NCBI GenBank assembly: GCA_050250255.1 | Contig: JBFWOZ010000021.1 | Coordinates: 1 to 51,582 of the forward strand | Source: Bdellovibrionales bacterium | GTDB lineage: Bacteria; Bdellovibrionota; Bdellovibrionia; Bdellovibrionales; DASUEL01 | DNA length: 51,582 bases | Reading direction: 5' to 3' | Shown here: in pieces, positions 26,209 to 35,768 of the stretch | How positions within the stretch are numbered: the stretch's first letter is position 1 | Layout of the letters: every line of letters starts with the position of its first letter | Notes under the pieces: model-generated | The model's input: the letters and a program-made list of their open reading frames with translations, nothing else | Database searches by the model: none | Told to the model about the DNA's origin: nothing | Position numbers and translations under genes: made by a program

Positions 26209-26667
26209 ATGAGAATTTTACTTATTTCTTCTCTCTCTTTGTTTCTTCTCATAAACTTGGCGCACGCAGAACCTCGTGCATTTTTAAAAACCGAAAGCGG
26301 CTATCTCCAGGCGCAAGAGCTTTCAATTGATGGTAAAGCCTATCAAGTTTCTAATCCGGTCACGAGCACCTACGACATCGAGGATTTTGCTCTACTGAAA
26401 GAATCCGATCCTCAAGCTTGGAAGAGTCTTGAGAACCATTACCGTTACGGCGTTGTGGGGACACGAGGCCTTGTGGCCGGCACGGGCGCTGCACTGATCG
26501 TACTTCTTATTCCAGCAACACGTGCTCATCCCGTCATTCCTATTGGACTGTTCCTTTCGGGATTTATTTACTATATGAATAGTCGCCACATGGCCCAACA
26601 TAACCTACACAAAGCAATCAACCAACTCAATGGCGTGAAGGATATGGGCCTTCTCATGACTTTCTGA
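26209..26667 (+). CDS. Exported/membrane hypothetical protein
   Basis: Signal peptide ending AHA plus two C-terminal hydrophobic helices. Confidence 0.65.
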   Translation: MRILLISSLSLFLLINLAHAEPRAFLKTESGYLQAQELSIDGKAYQVSNPVTSTYDIEDFALLKESDPQAWKSLENHYRYGVVGTRGLVAGTGAALIVLLIPATRAHPVIPIGLFLSGFIYYMNSRHMAQHNLHKAINQLNGVKDMGLLMTF

Positions 26668-26683
26668 GAATTGAGGAGAATTT

Positions 26684-28066
26684 ATCAAAGCCATACTCGT
26701 AGGGATTCAATCCCCGAAGACTTCAAATGAAGAACACGCGGCTTCTCTTAAAGAATTAGGAAGACTCGTCACCACTCTTGGTCACCAAGTTGTGGGAGAA
26801 CTCTCTCAGAAAAAATCTTCTCTTAAAAGTCCTACTTTTTTGGGCGAAGGAAAACTCAAAATTCTGGCAGGCTACACCGGCGGCTCAGGTGTGGTGGCCT
26901 CTATGGTGAAACGAAAAATTTCAAAGGCCAAATTAAAATTCACCAAAGAACAAGAAGACGTGGAAAAAGAAAACTCTGAAGAGATGGATGTTGAAAACGA
27001 CGAAGATTCTCTAGATGACAACGAAACGTTTGAAGCTCCTAAAGAACAAGCCGACATCGTCGTGGTTGATAGCGAACTTTCGCCCTCTCAACTTCGTAAT
27101 ATGGAGAGTGCAACAGGCGTCACCGTTCTTGATCGTACGGGTGTGATTATTGAAATCTTTGGCCGACATGCAAGGACAAAGTCCGCAAGGCTCCAAGTGG
27201 AAATTGCAAGACTTACCTACGTAGCTCCTCGCCTTCGCGAAACGGGTAATGACAAACAAATGGGCGGAGGCGGAGTCGGCTCTGGAGAAACAAAACTTGA
27301 ACTCGACCGTCGACACGTACGTGATCGCATTAAAGAATTAAAAACCGAGCTCGCCGCTGTAGAAAACGAACACCTTATTCGGCGTTCAAGACGTTCTCAA
27401 GAAAACGCCGTTGCGCTTGTGGGATACACCAATGCCGGGAAAAGCTCGCTCATGCGTGCGATGACCGGAAGTGAAGTTCTCGTGGCCGACAAACTTTTTG
27501 CTACACTCGATACCACCGTCAGGCCACTCCATCCAGAGACACATCCTAAAATTTTATTTTCTGATACCGTAGGTTTTATCAAAAAGCTTCCTCACGATCT
27601 TGTCGCCTCTTTTAAATCAACGCTGGATGAAGCTCAACATGCCTCTCTTCTTCTTTTTGTAGTGGATGCCTCTGACCCGACGTTTCGCTCTCAACTCGAA
27701 GTGACTCAATCCGTGCTAAAAGAGGTGGGAGCCGGCGAACAGCCAAGCTGGCTCGTTCTCAACAAGCGAGACCGTTTAAATGATGAGCAAATATTGAGCT
27801 TAAAAAAAGAATTTCCTGACGCCATCTTACTTTCTACGAAGCTGAAAGAAGATCTCAAGATGCTGCGTGAAAAGCTGATTGATCACTTTGAAACGGGCAT
27901 GATCGAGACGGACCTCATGGTCCCCTACGATCTTCAGGGAGCCATCGGTGAAATTCGTAATCGCATGCGTGTGATTTCTGAATCCTACAATGATCGGGGC
28001 ACGCTCTTTCGAGTACGTGCCACCCAAAAAGATCTCGATGCTTTTGAAACAAAATTTAAACGATAG
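26684..28066 (+). CDS. hflX: Ribosome-splitting GTPase HflX
   Basis: ELSPSQ, DRT-x-V-I-I-E-I-F, GETKLELDRR, G1 GYTNAGKS, LFATLD, DTVG and NKRD. Homology extends upstream of the ORF-track start 26792 to ATC 26684 (KAILVG...SLKELGRLVTTLG). Confidence 0.95.
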   Translation: MKAILVGIQSPKTSNEEHAASLKELGRLVTTLGHQVVGELSQKKSSLKSPTFLGEGKLKILAGYTGGSGVVASMVKRKISKAKLKFTKEQEDVEKENSEEMDVENDEDSLDDNETFEAPKEQADIVVVDSELSPSQLRNMESATGVTVLDRTGVIIEIFGRHARTKSARLQVEIARLTYVAPRLRETGNDKQMGGGGVGSGETKLELDRRHVRDRIKELKTELAAVENEHLIRRSRRSQENAVALVGYTNAGKSSLMRAMTGSEVLVADKLFATLDTTVRPLHPETHPKILFSDTVGFIKKLPHDLVASFKSTLDEAQHASLLLFVVDASDPTFRSQLEVTQSVLKEVGAGEQPSWLVLNKRDRLNDEQILSLKKEFPDAILLSTKLKEDLKMLREKLIDHFETGMIETDLMVPYDLQGAIGEIRNRMRVISESYNDRGTLFRVRATQKDLDAFETKFKR

Positions 28067-28070
28067 CCAT

Positions 28071-29003
28071 TTACATGGACCACATATCTTTACAGGACTG
28101 ACCTGTATCTTTGCAGCAACAGCTGCTACACTCTACCAGGCGACAACCGCCGCCGGGCCTTGGCTCTGAACCCGCTTTACATGCATGGTCATCAGCACAG
28201 TGAAAATGTGTGTTCCCTTCACAGTGACCCGCTTCATCGCCTGGAGACCACGTGTCCCATCCTGTACAGCTATTATTGTCATCACCGCCGCTGCCACCTC
28301 CGTGACTGCATTCGCCTGTCTCATGCGGATTTACAAAGCGAGCGGCTCCACTGTTATTGACTGTTCCATCATTACAAACTTTATCTTGCTGAACGTCGTG
28401 AAACAAAGTTTTGCCATCACAGGAACCCGGCTGAGAACTGCCGTTAAAAATGGTATCGGTCCATGTGGCACCGTGAATTCTAGCACCACACTTACACTGG
28501 CCCACATCTCTTGTATTCGTAAGTGTTGTATTTAGCAATTGAACGGAAGCATTTGAACATTGATAAGTTTTCTTCACATCAGAAACACGATTTTTACCTG
28601 TACAAATTGGCACGGTCACTGCCGCGCTTTGGATTTCTTCCCAGGTTGACCCGTTAGTATGCGAACCGCAATCCACGCAAAATCCTATTTCATGGGGATT
28701 CACTAACCGCCGAGGACTCTCTTGAATCACACCATGAATACATTTTTTATCGATTTCAATATCGTGGATGAGAGTTTTTCCAGGGCAGGACCCAGCTTCG
28801 CTATGACCATTGGCGATCGTGTCTGTCCATGTCGTATCGTGAGCATGTTGGCCGCAACTCAGAGGCTCTATGATTGGAATCGGAGTCGGCGATTGCAGAC
28901 TTGCTATAGTTCTCCCTTCAAAATTGACAGGTGAAGTACAGTTTTGAAATGTACACAAAGTGATAAGGCCACACGAAAGGAATAGACATCGTTCTTTCAA
29001 CAT
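28071..29003 (-). CDS. Cys-rich lipoprotein with three ~61-aa repeats
   Basis: Lipobox-like TFQNC; repeats C-G-x-(H/R)-x-x-x-x-T-W...C-x-G-K...D...C...N...G-x-C; Cys-rich C-terminal domain after a GGGSGG linker. Confidence 0.8.
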   Translation of the reverse strand: MLKERCLFLSCGLITLCTFQNCTSPVNFEGRTIASLQSPTPIPIIEPLSCGQHAHDTTWTDTIANGHSEAGSCPGKTLIHDIEIDKKCIHGVIQESPRRLVNPHEIGFCVDCGSHTNGSTWEEIQSAAVTVPICTGKNRVSDVKKTYQCSNASVQLLNTTLTNTRDVGQCKCGARIHGATWTDTIFNGSSQPGSCDGKTLFHDVQQDKVCNDGTVNNSGAARFVNPHETGECSHGGGSGGDDNNSCTGWDTWSPGDEAGHCEGNTHFHCADDHACKAGSEPRPGGGCRLVECSSCCCKDTGQSCKDMWSM

Positions 29004-29025
29004 AGCGTCCCCCTACTTTTAACAA

Positions 29026-29041
29026 TGCAAACCCAGAACCT
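29026..29041 (-). promoter_or_regulatory. Possible sigma54 promoter
   Basis: Minus strand AGGTTC-TGGGT-TTGCA (GG-N10-GC) 22 bp upstream of the lipoprotein start; weak -24 match. Confidence 0.35.
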
Positions 29042-29194
29042 TCCGGCATTTATAGAATTTCGTGAGACTGGGTGCTCAGGACAAAAATGGCCTAGTCAAC
29101 TTACTGTCATCATTCAAAAAATGAACACTCCATTCATCTCATTACGAGACGCTATTTATGTTGCACATCCTAGAAACATACGTTGAGATGAATC

Positions 29195-29596
29195 ATGGAG
29201 GATCTCATGAAAGCTAAACTACCTTTGATTGCTCGTATTTTATTAGGCTTTGTATTTTTCGCCGCCGGCCTTGCGGGTTTACTGAACCTCGTTCCACCAC
29301 CCGCGAATCTCCCTGAAAAAATGTTAGCGTTTTCTACAGGGCTCATGGCTTCGGGCTATTTTATGCCGCTACTTAAGGTTACCGAAGTGTTCTGCGGTTT
29401 ACTGCTACTGAGTGGATTTTTTGTTCCGCTCGCTTTGGTGATTCTTGCGCCAATCGTATTGAATATTTTTTTGGTGCACACCTTTCTTGAACCAAGTGGG
29501 TTCCCGCTCGCTCTCGTGATCGGTCTTCTTACAGTGTATCTCGCGTTTTTTGCGCCACCTTATGCGCCAACGATTCGTCAACTTTTTAAGAAGTAA
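29195..29596 (+). CDS. DoxX family membrane protein
   Basis: ARILLG, SGY-x-M-P-L-L-K-x-x-E, LALVILAPIVLNIFLVH; likely start ATG 29207 after GGAGG. Confidence 0.88.
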   Translation: MEDLMKAKLPLIARILLGFVFFAAGLAGLLNLVPPPANLPEKMLAFSTGLMASGYFMPLLKVTEVFCGLLLLSGFFVPLALVILAPIVLNIFLVHTFLEPSGFPLALVIGLLTVYLAFFAPPYAPTIRQLFKK

Positions 29597-29600
29597 CAAT

Positions 29601-30665
29601 TTAGAAACCGTTAAGAGCTCCTCCGCAACTTCCTGCGGAGGGTTCCCTTTGTGCGATTTGTTTCAATCGCGTGAGCCAATTCGTCACTCGGTTCCGAACT
29701 GTCTCCTCACTTTTTCCCCCTTCACGCAAAAAAGTATTATGATACACGGTGGAGGCCATTTGCACTTTACCAATCGCTTCGATCGCAATCGCTCCAAACG
29801 CTTGAAGCGCCGGCCATAGGCTCATATCCCCTGCGTTCATCCCTTGTCCTGCACTTAAAAATAAACCTGCCGCTGTCAAATGGATTAAGGGTTGGATACC
29901 ATATCCCAGCCCTTGCCCCATAGCTCCGTGGCCATCAAAAATAAAGAATGGCCCCGGGAAAGCTTTCCCCCACATTGTGGTGGGTAATTCGGGTTTAACA
30001 CTCTTCATGCGAGCGATGCGAATGGACGCTGAGAAATCTAACAATAAATTTTGATGAGTTGAACGATCACCATTTTCTACATGCCAATAAAGTTTGTAGC
30101 GCAACTTTTTTGTGGAAGGATCACGATACCACATCCATGCATAACCTAACATTTTTAAAAAAGAAGCCTTACCCACACCTAATCCTACCGAAAAACCGCC
30201 AATGACTATTTTAGAAGAAATCACATCCTCCTTTACGTAAAGAGCGGCATTCCTCCACAAAACTTCGTTATAGGCATTTAAAAAACTTTCCACAATCGGC
30301 TTCGTCACTTGCAGTCCATCTTTATCGCGAGATTCTGTGTGTTTTAAAAGTTGGTGATCTTCCCACCATTCACCTGCAGGTTGAGGATCAAAACGGTCTA
30401 TCAATCTTTTCCATAAACTCGTCTGGGTAAACATGTGCGCCTTTGCCAGCATGGCTTCTTGGCGCTCTTTTAAAAAGAGCGTTTGCTCTTCAGGTGTAAG
30501 TGATAAAAAAGACTCTACGTGTTCTGCTTGAGGTTTAAACGATACGACATAGTCAACGCCGCGTACGTGTAGGACTTCGGTTTCAGGAAAATGCTCTACT
30601 TGGGCAAATGCTTGGCGAGAATGAATGAGCAGAATTCCTAATAAAAGCAACGAAAGAAGGCGCAT
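29601..30665 (-). CDS. Secreted hypothetical protein
   Basis: Signal peptide ending AFA; hydrophobic Gly-rich segments; C-terminal C-x-x-x-L. Confidence 0.7.
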   Translation of the reverse strand: MRLLSLLLLGILLIHSRQAFAQVEHFPETEVLHVRGVDYVVSFKPQAEHVESFLSLTPEEQTLFLKERQEAMLAKAHMFTQTSLWKRLIDRFDPQPAGEWWEDHQLLKHTESRDKDGLQVTKPIVESFLNAYNEVLWRNAALYVKEDVISSKIVIGGFSVGLGVGKASFLKMLGYAWMWYRDPSTKKLRYKLYWHVENGDRSTHQNLLLDFSASIRIARMKSVKPELPTTMWGKAFPGPFFIFDGHGAMGQGLGYGIQPLIHLTAAGLFLSAGQGMNAGDMSLWPALQAFGAIAIEAIGKVQMASTVYHNTFLREGGKSEETVRNRVTNWLTRLKQIAQREPSAGSCGGALNGF

Positions 30666-30754
30666 GGGTCAATACCCTGCAAAAAGAGCGAGGATTCAAA
30701 GACTTCTCTATTCTTTTTAAGACTAAAAAAACGTCAGTTTTTTAGACAGAGCGA

Positions 30755-31165
30755 CTAATCGCGCACGTTGGCCGTGACAAAAAAAGCGTCTTCAAGGGCA
30801 ATGGGCTTTGGGCTTACGATATGAAGCTGAATAAACTTGCCTTCGGATCTTTCACTTACAAGTGTTGTTGTATAGGAGGAAGCTTGGTTTTTCTCAAAGT
30901 ATAAAGTTTTCTGGGACTTATCCTCTTTTACGCTGATATGAACATAGCTCAGCTCTTCTTTAAGTGCCTGAAGAGTTGTAGGTTTTGTAAAACACGAAGC
31001 TCCTATTAAAGATTCGCCTTTTTTGTAGAACTTCATTTTCTTTTCTTGTTTAACAAACTGAAATTCAGACGACAACTCCAACTCGCAGGCCTCAACACGA
31101 AGGCTTAGTAAAATGAAAGTGCTTAATAAAAATTTAGTGCTTATTTGTTTTGCCGCGGCGGCCAT
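30755..31165 (-). CDS. Small exported hypothetical protein (candidate immunity/partner)
   Basis: Signal-peptide-like N-terminus (KFLLSTFILLSLRVEA); overlaps the upstream gene by 32 nt. Confidence 0.6.
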   Translation of the reverse strand: MAAAAKQISTKFLLSTFILLSLRVEACELELSSEFQFVKQEKKMKFYKKGESLIGASCFTKPTTLQALKEELSYVHISVKEDKSQKTLYFEKNQASSYTTTLVSERSEGKFIQLHIVSPKPIALEDAFFVTANVRD

Positions 31166-31757
31166 GTGTCTCTCCAGAAAAATCTTTTTGGTTTTGTAAG
31201 CGACGAACTTCAGCAGCTTTTTTATCTATCTGTTCTTTTATTTGCGGATTTTTATTAGGCATTCGTTTTAGAGATTCCAGCTCGCGTCGGGCGGCTTCCC
31301 AATTTTGGCTCGCATTGATCCGACGATTTAAATTGGAATGACGATCATTTTTACTGCCTACGTTGTCATACCCTGGCCTAGGAATCGTCATTGTTTCCGC
31401 ATTTGTTTGTGAAATGTAGTTAGGATTTGTAGACAAACAAGTCTTCATAAAACCAGGTAGAGAACGATGAATATTGGTTACAAGCTCTACAAGCTGGGTC
31501 GCAATTTTTTCTGAAACTGCATGGGTAAGAACTTTTAATTCGGCGATCAATGCTGAAATCGTACGCTGATATTCTCCCTCTTGATTTTGTGAAATAAGCT
31601 TCAGGGTTGCAGCCGTTGCGATAGTTAATGAAAGTCCCTCTAAGACAAGGAGGGCGGCTGGAGGAGCCATTGCTAGAGCTGGCGTTGCCTTTGATGAGGC
31701 CATAGGCGTCAGTACGACACAACACATACAAAAAAGAATAAAAATAAGCTTACGCAC
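31134..31757 (-). CDS. Exported protein with basic, toxin-tip-like C-terminal helical domain
   Basis: Signal peptide, second hydrophobic helix, then GSKNDRHSN...PNKNP...DFSGETHGRRGK. Confidence 0.65.
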   Translation of the reverse strand: MRKLIFILFCMCCVVLTPMASSKATPALAMAPPAALLVLEGLSLTIATAATLKLISQNQEGEYQRTISALIAELKVLTHAVSEKIATQLVELVTNIHRSLPGFMKTCLSTNPNYISQTNAETMTIPRPGYDNVGSKNDRHSNLNRRINASQNWEAARRELESLKRMPNKNPQIKEQIDKKAAEVRRLQNQKDFSGETHGRRGKTNKH

Positions 31758-31920
31758 TTACTTAAGTTAACGAAATTCTCTATCTGGCTTAAGTTATTTA
31801 AAGAGTTTTGGACTTCGGTCCCTCGACCTTAGGAGAAGAGTGAAAGTTGACAAAAATGCGACCAACACACCTAAAATTGACTGTTCTCTAAACCTTAAAC
31901 AAATACGTTTGCAGATAGTA

Positions 31921-31936
31921 AGGCACGCCTATTGCT
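31921..31936 (+). promoter_or_regulatory. Sigma54 (-24/-12) promoter
   Basis: AGGCAC-GCCTA-TTGCT; predicted +1 ~31947, three bases before ATG 31950. Confidence 0.6.
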
Positions 31937-31949
31937 CACCTCATCTGTT

Positions 31950-32807
31950 ATGAAATGGATTCTATACATAGGACTCGCCGCTGTTTTTCTTACGAACTCC
32001 CCAAGTCTTTGGGCGCGCTCTACTCATTCAAAAGTAGCTCTTGCTGGACAGTTTAAGTCTGTCGCGCTTATTTGTACGGAACATTCCTTGAGTCGTGCCG
32101 CTTCTGTGGCGATTGGACCAAAATTGTTCTTAACGGCCGCTCACATTTTTTTTAATGATGCAGGCGCTTGGCGTGCTTTTTTAGAAAAACACGGCCCACA
32201 AATCACGACCTCTCATATGTACGAAATTGATGGTTTTGTTTTACAAGAAAAAAATCTTCAAAGCGTCTTCATTAACGGGCAAAAGAAAGTACTCAAAAAA
32301 CTTTATATCCCTCTCGCTCATCTCACCGCAGTCGGAATGAAACCGGTTAATTATGATTTGGCGATCGTCGAACTTGAAGAACCCCATAACCTTCCCATTA
32401 CTCCAATCTACACCTCAGGCGAAACAGGGACCGAATACACAATTGTTGGGTTCGGCCCACCAATCTTTGACCTCACTGTCGGTAAAAAAAATAATGATGT
32501 TTGTTTGCGGCCAGTCCCCACAAAATATTGGGCGCAAAACAGAGGTTTACTTACAAAAATAGATGAAACTTGGAAACTTACAGGTGACAAACACACCGTT
32601 CCTAACGGCCGCTCCGGGACCACCAAAGGAGATTCCGGTGGGCCACTGCTTAATAGCAAGGGACAAATTTTAGGAATTTCCTCTTATGTGCTGGAAAACA
32701 CAGGCCCAAACAACGAATTACTCAGCAATTATACATCCAGCTTTATGGCACTTGATGATGAAAAAATAAAAGATTTTCTGTCGAGAATTCCCTTTGAGCA
32801 ACCCTAG
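31950..32807 (+). CDS. Secreted trypsin-like (S1) serine protease
   Basis: LTAAH, YDLAIVEL and GDSGGPL catalytic triad motifs; signal peptide from ATG 31950. Confidence 0.9.
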   Translation: MKWILYIGLAAVFLTNSPSLWARSTHSKVALAGQFKSVALICTEHSLSRAASVAIGPKLFLTAAHIFFNDAGAWRAFLEKHGPQITTSHMYEIDGFVLQEKNLQSVFINGQKKVLKKLYIPLAHLTAVGMKPVNYDLAIVELEEPHNLPITPIYTSGETGTEYTIVGFGPPIFDLTVGKKNNDVCLRPVPTKYWAQNRGLLTKIDETWKLTGDKHTVPNGRSGTTKGDSGGPLLNSKGQILGISSYVLENTGPNNELLSNYTSSFMALDDEKIKDFLSRIPFEQP

Positions 32808-32816
32808 CTCAAATCG

Positions 32817-34133
32817 CTAACCAACCTTGTAGTCGCCGGTAAAGAGCACTTTTGAATCCGCACCAAGGCTCGACACCTTCCAGGTCGGGTCGGTCGCCAT
32901 GCCTGTTTTCTCGAGTGTTAAGAAGTTCTCGCTAAAGGTTCCTTGCATGTGTTTATTAGGGTTCTCGTAATAGCTCGACTTCGTCGAAGAATGCATACAG
33001 CTCGAGATAAACTCATAGGTTTGGTAACCCAGCACGGTCTTATCAATTTGAGAAATCTCGCTATAGTGAACGTCGCCGCCCATAAAAACCGAAGGCGAAT
33101 TCCAGCTCGATACCTCTCCTAAGAAAAGATTGAGCTCTTCTTTTGCGATGGACTCATAACTGGTATTACTTTTATCCGCCCGACCAAAAAAGGGGCTGCC
33201 TTCCATAATCCACGTAGGCCCTTGAGCGCCGACCATAGTGTCAGAGATCCACTTCATCTGTTCCGCACCAAGAAATCCTTCGATTCTTCCGTTTGGTAGT
33301 TTGCGGTAGTAGCGACTATCGAGAAACAAAAAGTTTTGATTGAACCCGCGAAAGTACATAGAGTTTGCAGGACCAGGCACTAAAACACTGTCCATGGCTT
33401 CTTGGCCATAAAATGCTTTAAATACTTTGAGGGTACCGTCTTTGTGTTCGTATTCACCATCTTCATTGTTTTTGCCGTAATCGTGATCATCCCAGACAGC
33501 GAGAACAGGTTTTAAATTTTTCCATTGATAATAAGAAATATTCATTCGTGTTTCGATAAAGCGAGACCAGAGCTTATCTGGGCCATGCGAGAAAAAAGAA
33601 TCACCATAAACTGTGTCACCGATCATAAAATAATAATCAGCATTCGACTTTTGTGCTGAGATCCACATTTTCGTGCGAGCGGATTCAGAATCCTTGATAC
33701 AAGACATCACTGCGATCTTTGCGTTCGTACGACTCAAATCCATTGTCGTGAGAAAGCGTTCATCTAAAAGAACATTCTTGGTCGTATCTTTTACAGTGAA
33801 TTGATAATTGTGCCCAAGTTCTAATTGTGTAAATAACATTTTATCAACACGTGAGGGGGATTTTGCGTTTGCTGATTCCTTGATCCAATCAGGCTTAAAG
33901 ATTTTTCCAGTTTCACGATCTTTGAGAATGTATTCGACGTTAAGGAGCTTTGGGACATCTACCGTCAGCTGAGTCGTCGTCTCTGTTGTGAGACCCTGAA
34001 GCATATTCAGCCCCGTCGCGGCGGCTCGGCGAAGAAGAAGATCGTGCATAAAAACTTGTTCGGGTAAGAGTGAGAGTGCCACATCCGCAACTGCGAAAGT
34101 CCCCACTCCCTGGAGAAACTGCCTTCGATCCAT
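32817..34133 (-). CDS. phoD: Tat-exported PhoD-like alkaline phosphatase/phosphodiesterase
   Basis: Twin-arginine signal MDRRQFL; SC, GDTVYGD, WDDHDYG-x-N, LDSRYYR, LG-x-E-Q-x-x-W and GDVH. Confidence 0.88.
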   Translation of the reverse strand: MDRRQFLQGVGTFAVADVALSLLPEQVFMHDLLLRRAAATGLNMLQGLTTETTTQLTVDVPKLLNVEYILKDRETGKIFKPDWIKESANAKSPSRVDKMLFTQLELGHNYQFTVKDTTKNVLLDERFLTTMDLSRTNAKIAVMSCIKDSESARTKMWISAQKSNADYYFMIGDTVYGDSFFSHGPDKLWSRFIETRMNISYYQWKNLKPVLAVWDDHDYGKNNEDGEYEHKDGTLKVFKAFYGQEAMDSVLVPGPANSMYFRGFNQNFLFLDSRYYRKLPNGRIEGFLGAEQMKWISDTMVGAQGPTWIMEGSPFFGRADKSNTSYESIAKEELNLFLGEVSSWNSPSVFMGGDVHYSEISQIDKTVLGYQTYEFISSCMHSSTKSSYYENPNKHMQGTFSENFLTLEKTGMATDPTWKVSSLGADSKVLFTGDYKVG

Positions 34134-34287
34134 TTGAACATCCTTGTGGTGTTTCAAATAGCTTTTCAAAGTTCAGCAATCGGCACAATCCGTCACGATG
34201 GTTTTTTAGCTGTAAGCCTAGGGGATCGAAGGGAAACACGACTGAAGACATAGGAAAGAAAGTCCAGTGGGAGGTTTTAAAACTCTT

Positions 34288-35595
34288 TTAGAATTGTCGT
34301 GCTTCGGTTGCAGTAAGGAAGCTCGCATAACTCCAAGTCAAGTCACGGGCACCCTGCATGTACCCTGAAGTACGATGGAATTGTTCTGAAAAAGAACCGT
34401 TCGATTGATTCATGTGAGAGAAGCTGCGGGCGAGGAATTCATCCCCTTTTTGCATCCACTCGGCACGTTGAAGAGGCGAAATCTTTTTCGATGAATCTTT
34501 CGCGAGCTTATAATAATATTCGGCGAGCGCATGGTTACCTAGAAACCAAGGGTTCCCAAGAGAATTTGTCTGTACCCCATCGTAAGTGTCTTCTGGATAG
34601 CGACCAATCGCGATTCCAATTTGTCCATTACGATTTACACGGTAGAGATTGTAAAATGCTTCTTCGAGATGCTGAACGCTTGCGCGCACCTGGGGCGAAT
34701 TCACCGAGTAAAAACCATCTTGCGTATCTCCATGAAGGACACCAAGAACCACGGCAAGGTCGAGATTTGAAGGTTTATTCTCTGAAGGAGTTCGAGTGGC
34801 TCCGATGTAGCGCCCGTTCCAGTAGCTCTTTAACTTCGCCTCGAGCTTTATAGCTTCCGTACGGTAGAATCGGGCGGCCTCTGGATCTTTTAACATCTCC
34901 GCAAGCTTGGCACCCTCTACGAGAGAAGCTCGCTGAACCATATGCGTATAAAAATGCTCACCAAAAACTTCTTCCCAAAGATCAAAGGAAGGTGCGCGCC
35001 AATGATGAGAGACGTATTCTAAGTCGGCTTTGATTGCGCTTTGAGTAGGGAGCTTAGAGTCGTAGAGATGTTCTACAACATATTTTCGGTTCAAGGGATC
35101 TTTCAAGAGGTGCTTAGCAAATCGGATCAGGGTTAAAGCACGGAGAGCCGGACCATCGTTTTGAGGTCTGCCCCACGGCCCATCAAACCCTCGGCCATCA
35201 ACAAAAAATTTAGGTTCTCCAAAGCCGCTTAAAGTTCTCGCAAGTTGATTGCGTCTTGAAAAAGCGGCGAAGTCAAAAAGCTTTTTTTCGTAAAACTGAC
35301 GTTCTCTTGACTCAGAAGTTTTTTCTAGTCGATCTTGTACGGACGCCATAACAAGAGCGGCGTCTCTGACCCAATGATAGTAATAATCAGGCTCTGATTT
35401 GGAGGGAGATGCGACAACAACCCCAAGCGCGGTATCGGCCGGCGAAATGTTTTGTAAAAGATAAGAAAGAGCTCGCGGCTTTTGGAGTTGAATCATCGCC
35501 GGAACGTCACGGGTCATCACAGAAGGGACTGGAGACGTTTCAAATGTCTCCGCTGAGACATTCAATCCCAATAAAAATAAAATGACGCTAAACAC
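34288..35595 (-). CDS. Secreted glucoamylase, glycoside hydrolase family 15 (fungal-type)
   Basis: ASPS-x-x-x-PDY-x-Y-x-W-x-RDAAL, GEPKF, WGRPQNDGPALRA, FDLWEE, GRYPED-x-Y, GNPW, SEQ and DLTWSYA; GTG 35595 follows GGAGG (ORF-track start 35646). Confidence 0.93.
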   Translation of the reverse strand: MFSVILFLLGLNVSAETFETSPVPSVMTRDVPAMIQLQKPRALSYLLQNISPADTALGVVVASPSKSEPDYYYHWVRDAALVMASVQDRLEKTSESRERQFYEKKLFDFAAFSRRNQLARTLSGFGEPKFFVDGRGFDGPWGRPQNDGPALRALTLIRFAKHLLKDPLNRKYVVEHLYDSKLPTQSAIKADLEYVSHHWRAPSFDLWEEVFGEHFYTHMVQRASLVEGAKLAEMLKDPEAARFYRTEAIKLEAKLKSYWNGRYIGATRTPSENKPSNLDLAVVLGVLHGDTQDGFYSVNSPQVRASVQHLEEAFYNLYRVNRNGQIGIAIGRYPEDTYDGVQTNSLGNPWFLGNHALAEYYYKLAKDSSKKISPLQRAEWMQKGDEFLARSFSHMNQSNGSFSEQFHRTSGYMQGARDLTWSYASFLTATEARQF

Positions 35596-35768
35596 GGTAC
35601 CCTCCTGGAAACCGATAAACTTTATAGGAGGCTTACCTCTTGTCAATCTTCTCCATTACGAAAATAGCACTCTGTTTTGAACTCGCTTCCTCCCGGTCTA
35701 AAATCCAGAATTCCTTGCATGTTCTCACTGTGCGTCGCTTTTTAGGATCACGAATGACACCATAAAAC

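Noticed and set aside
31810..31821. GGAC-TTCG-GTCC stable tetraloop hairpin in a divergent promoter region
   Set aside because: Only a 4-bp stem; no larger supported structure or known RNA family.
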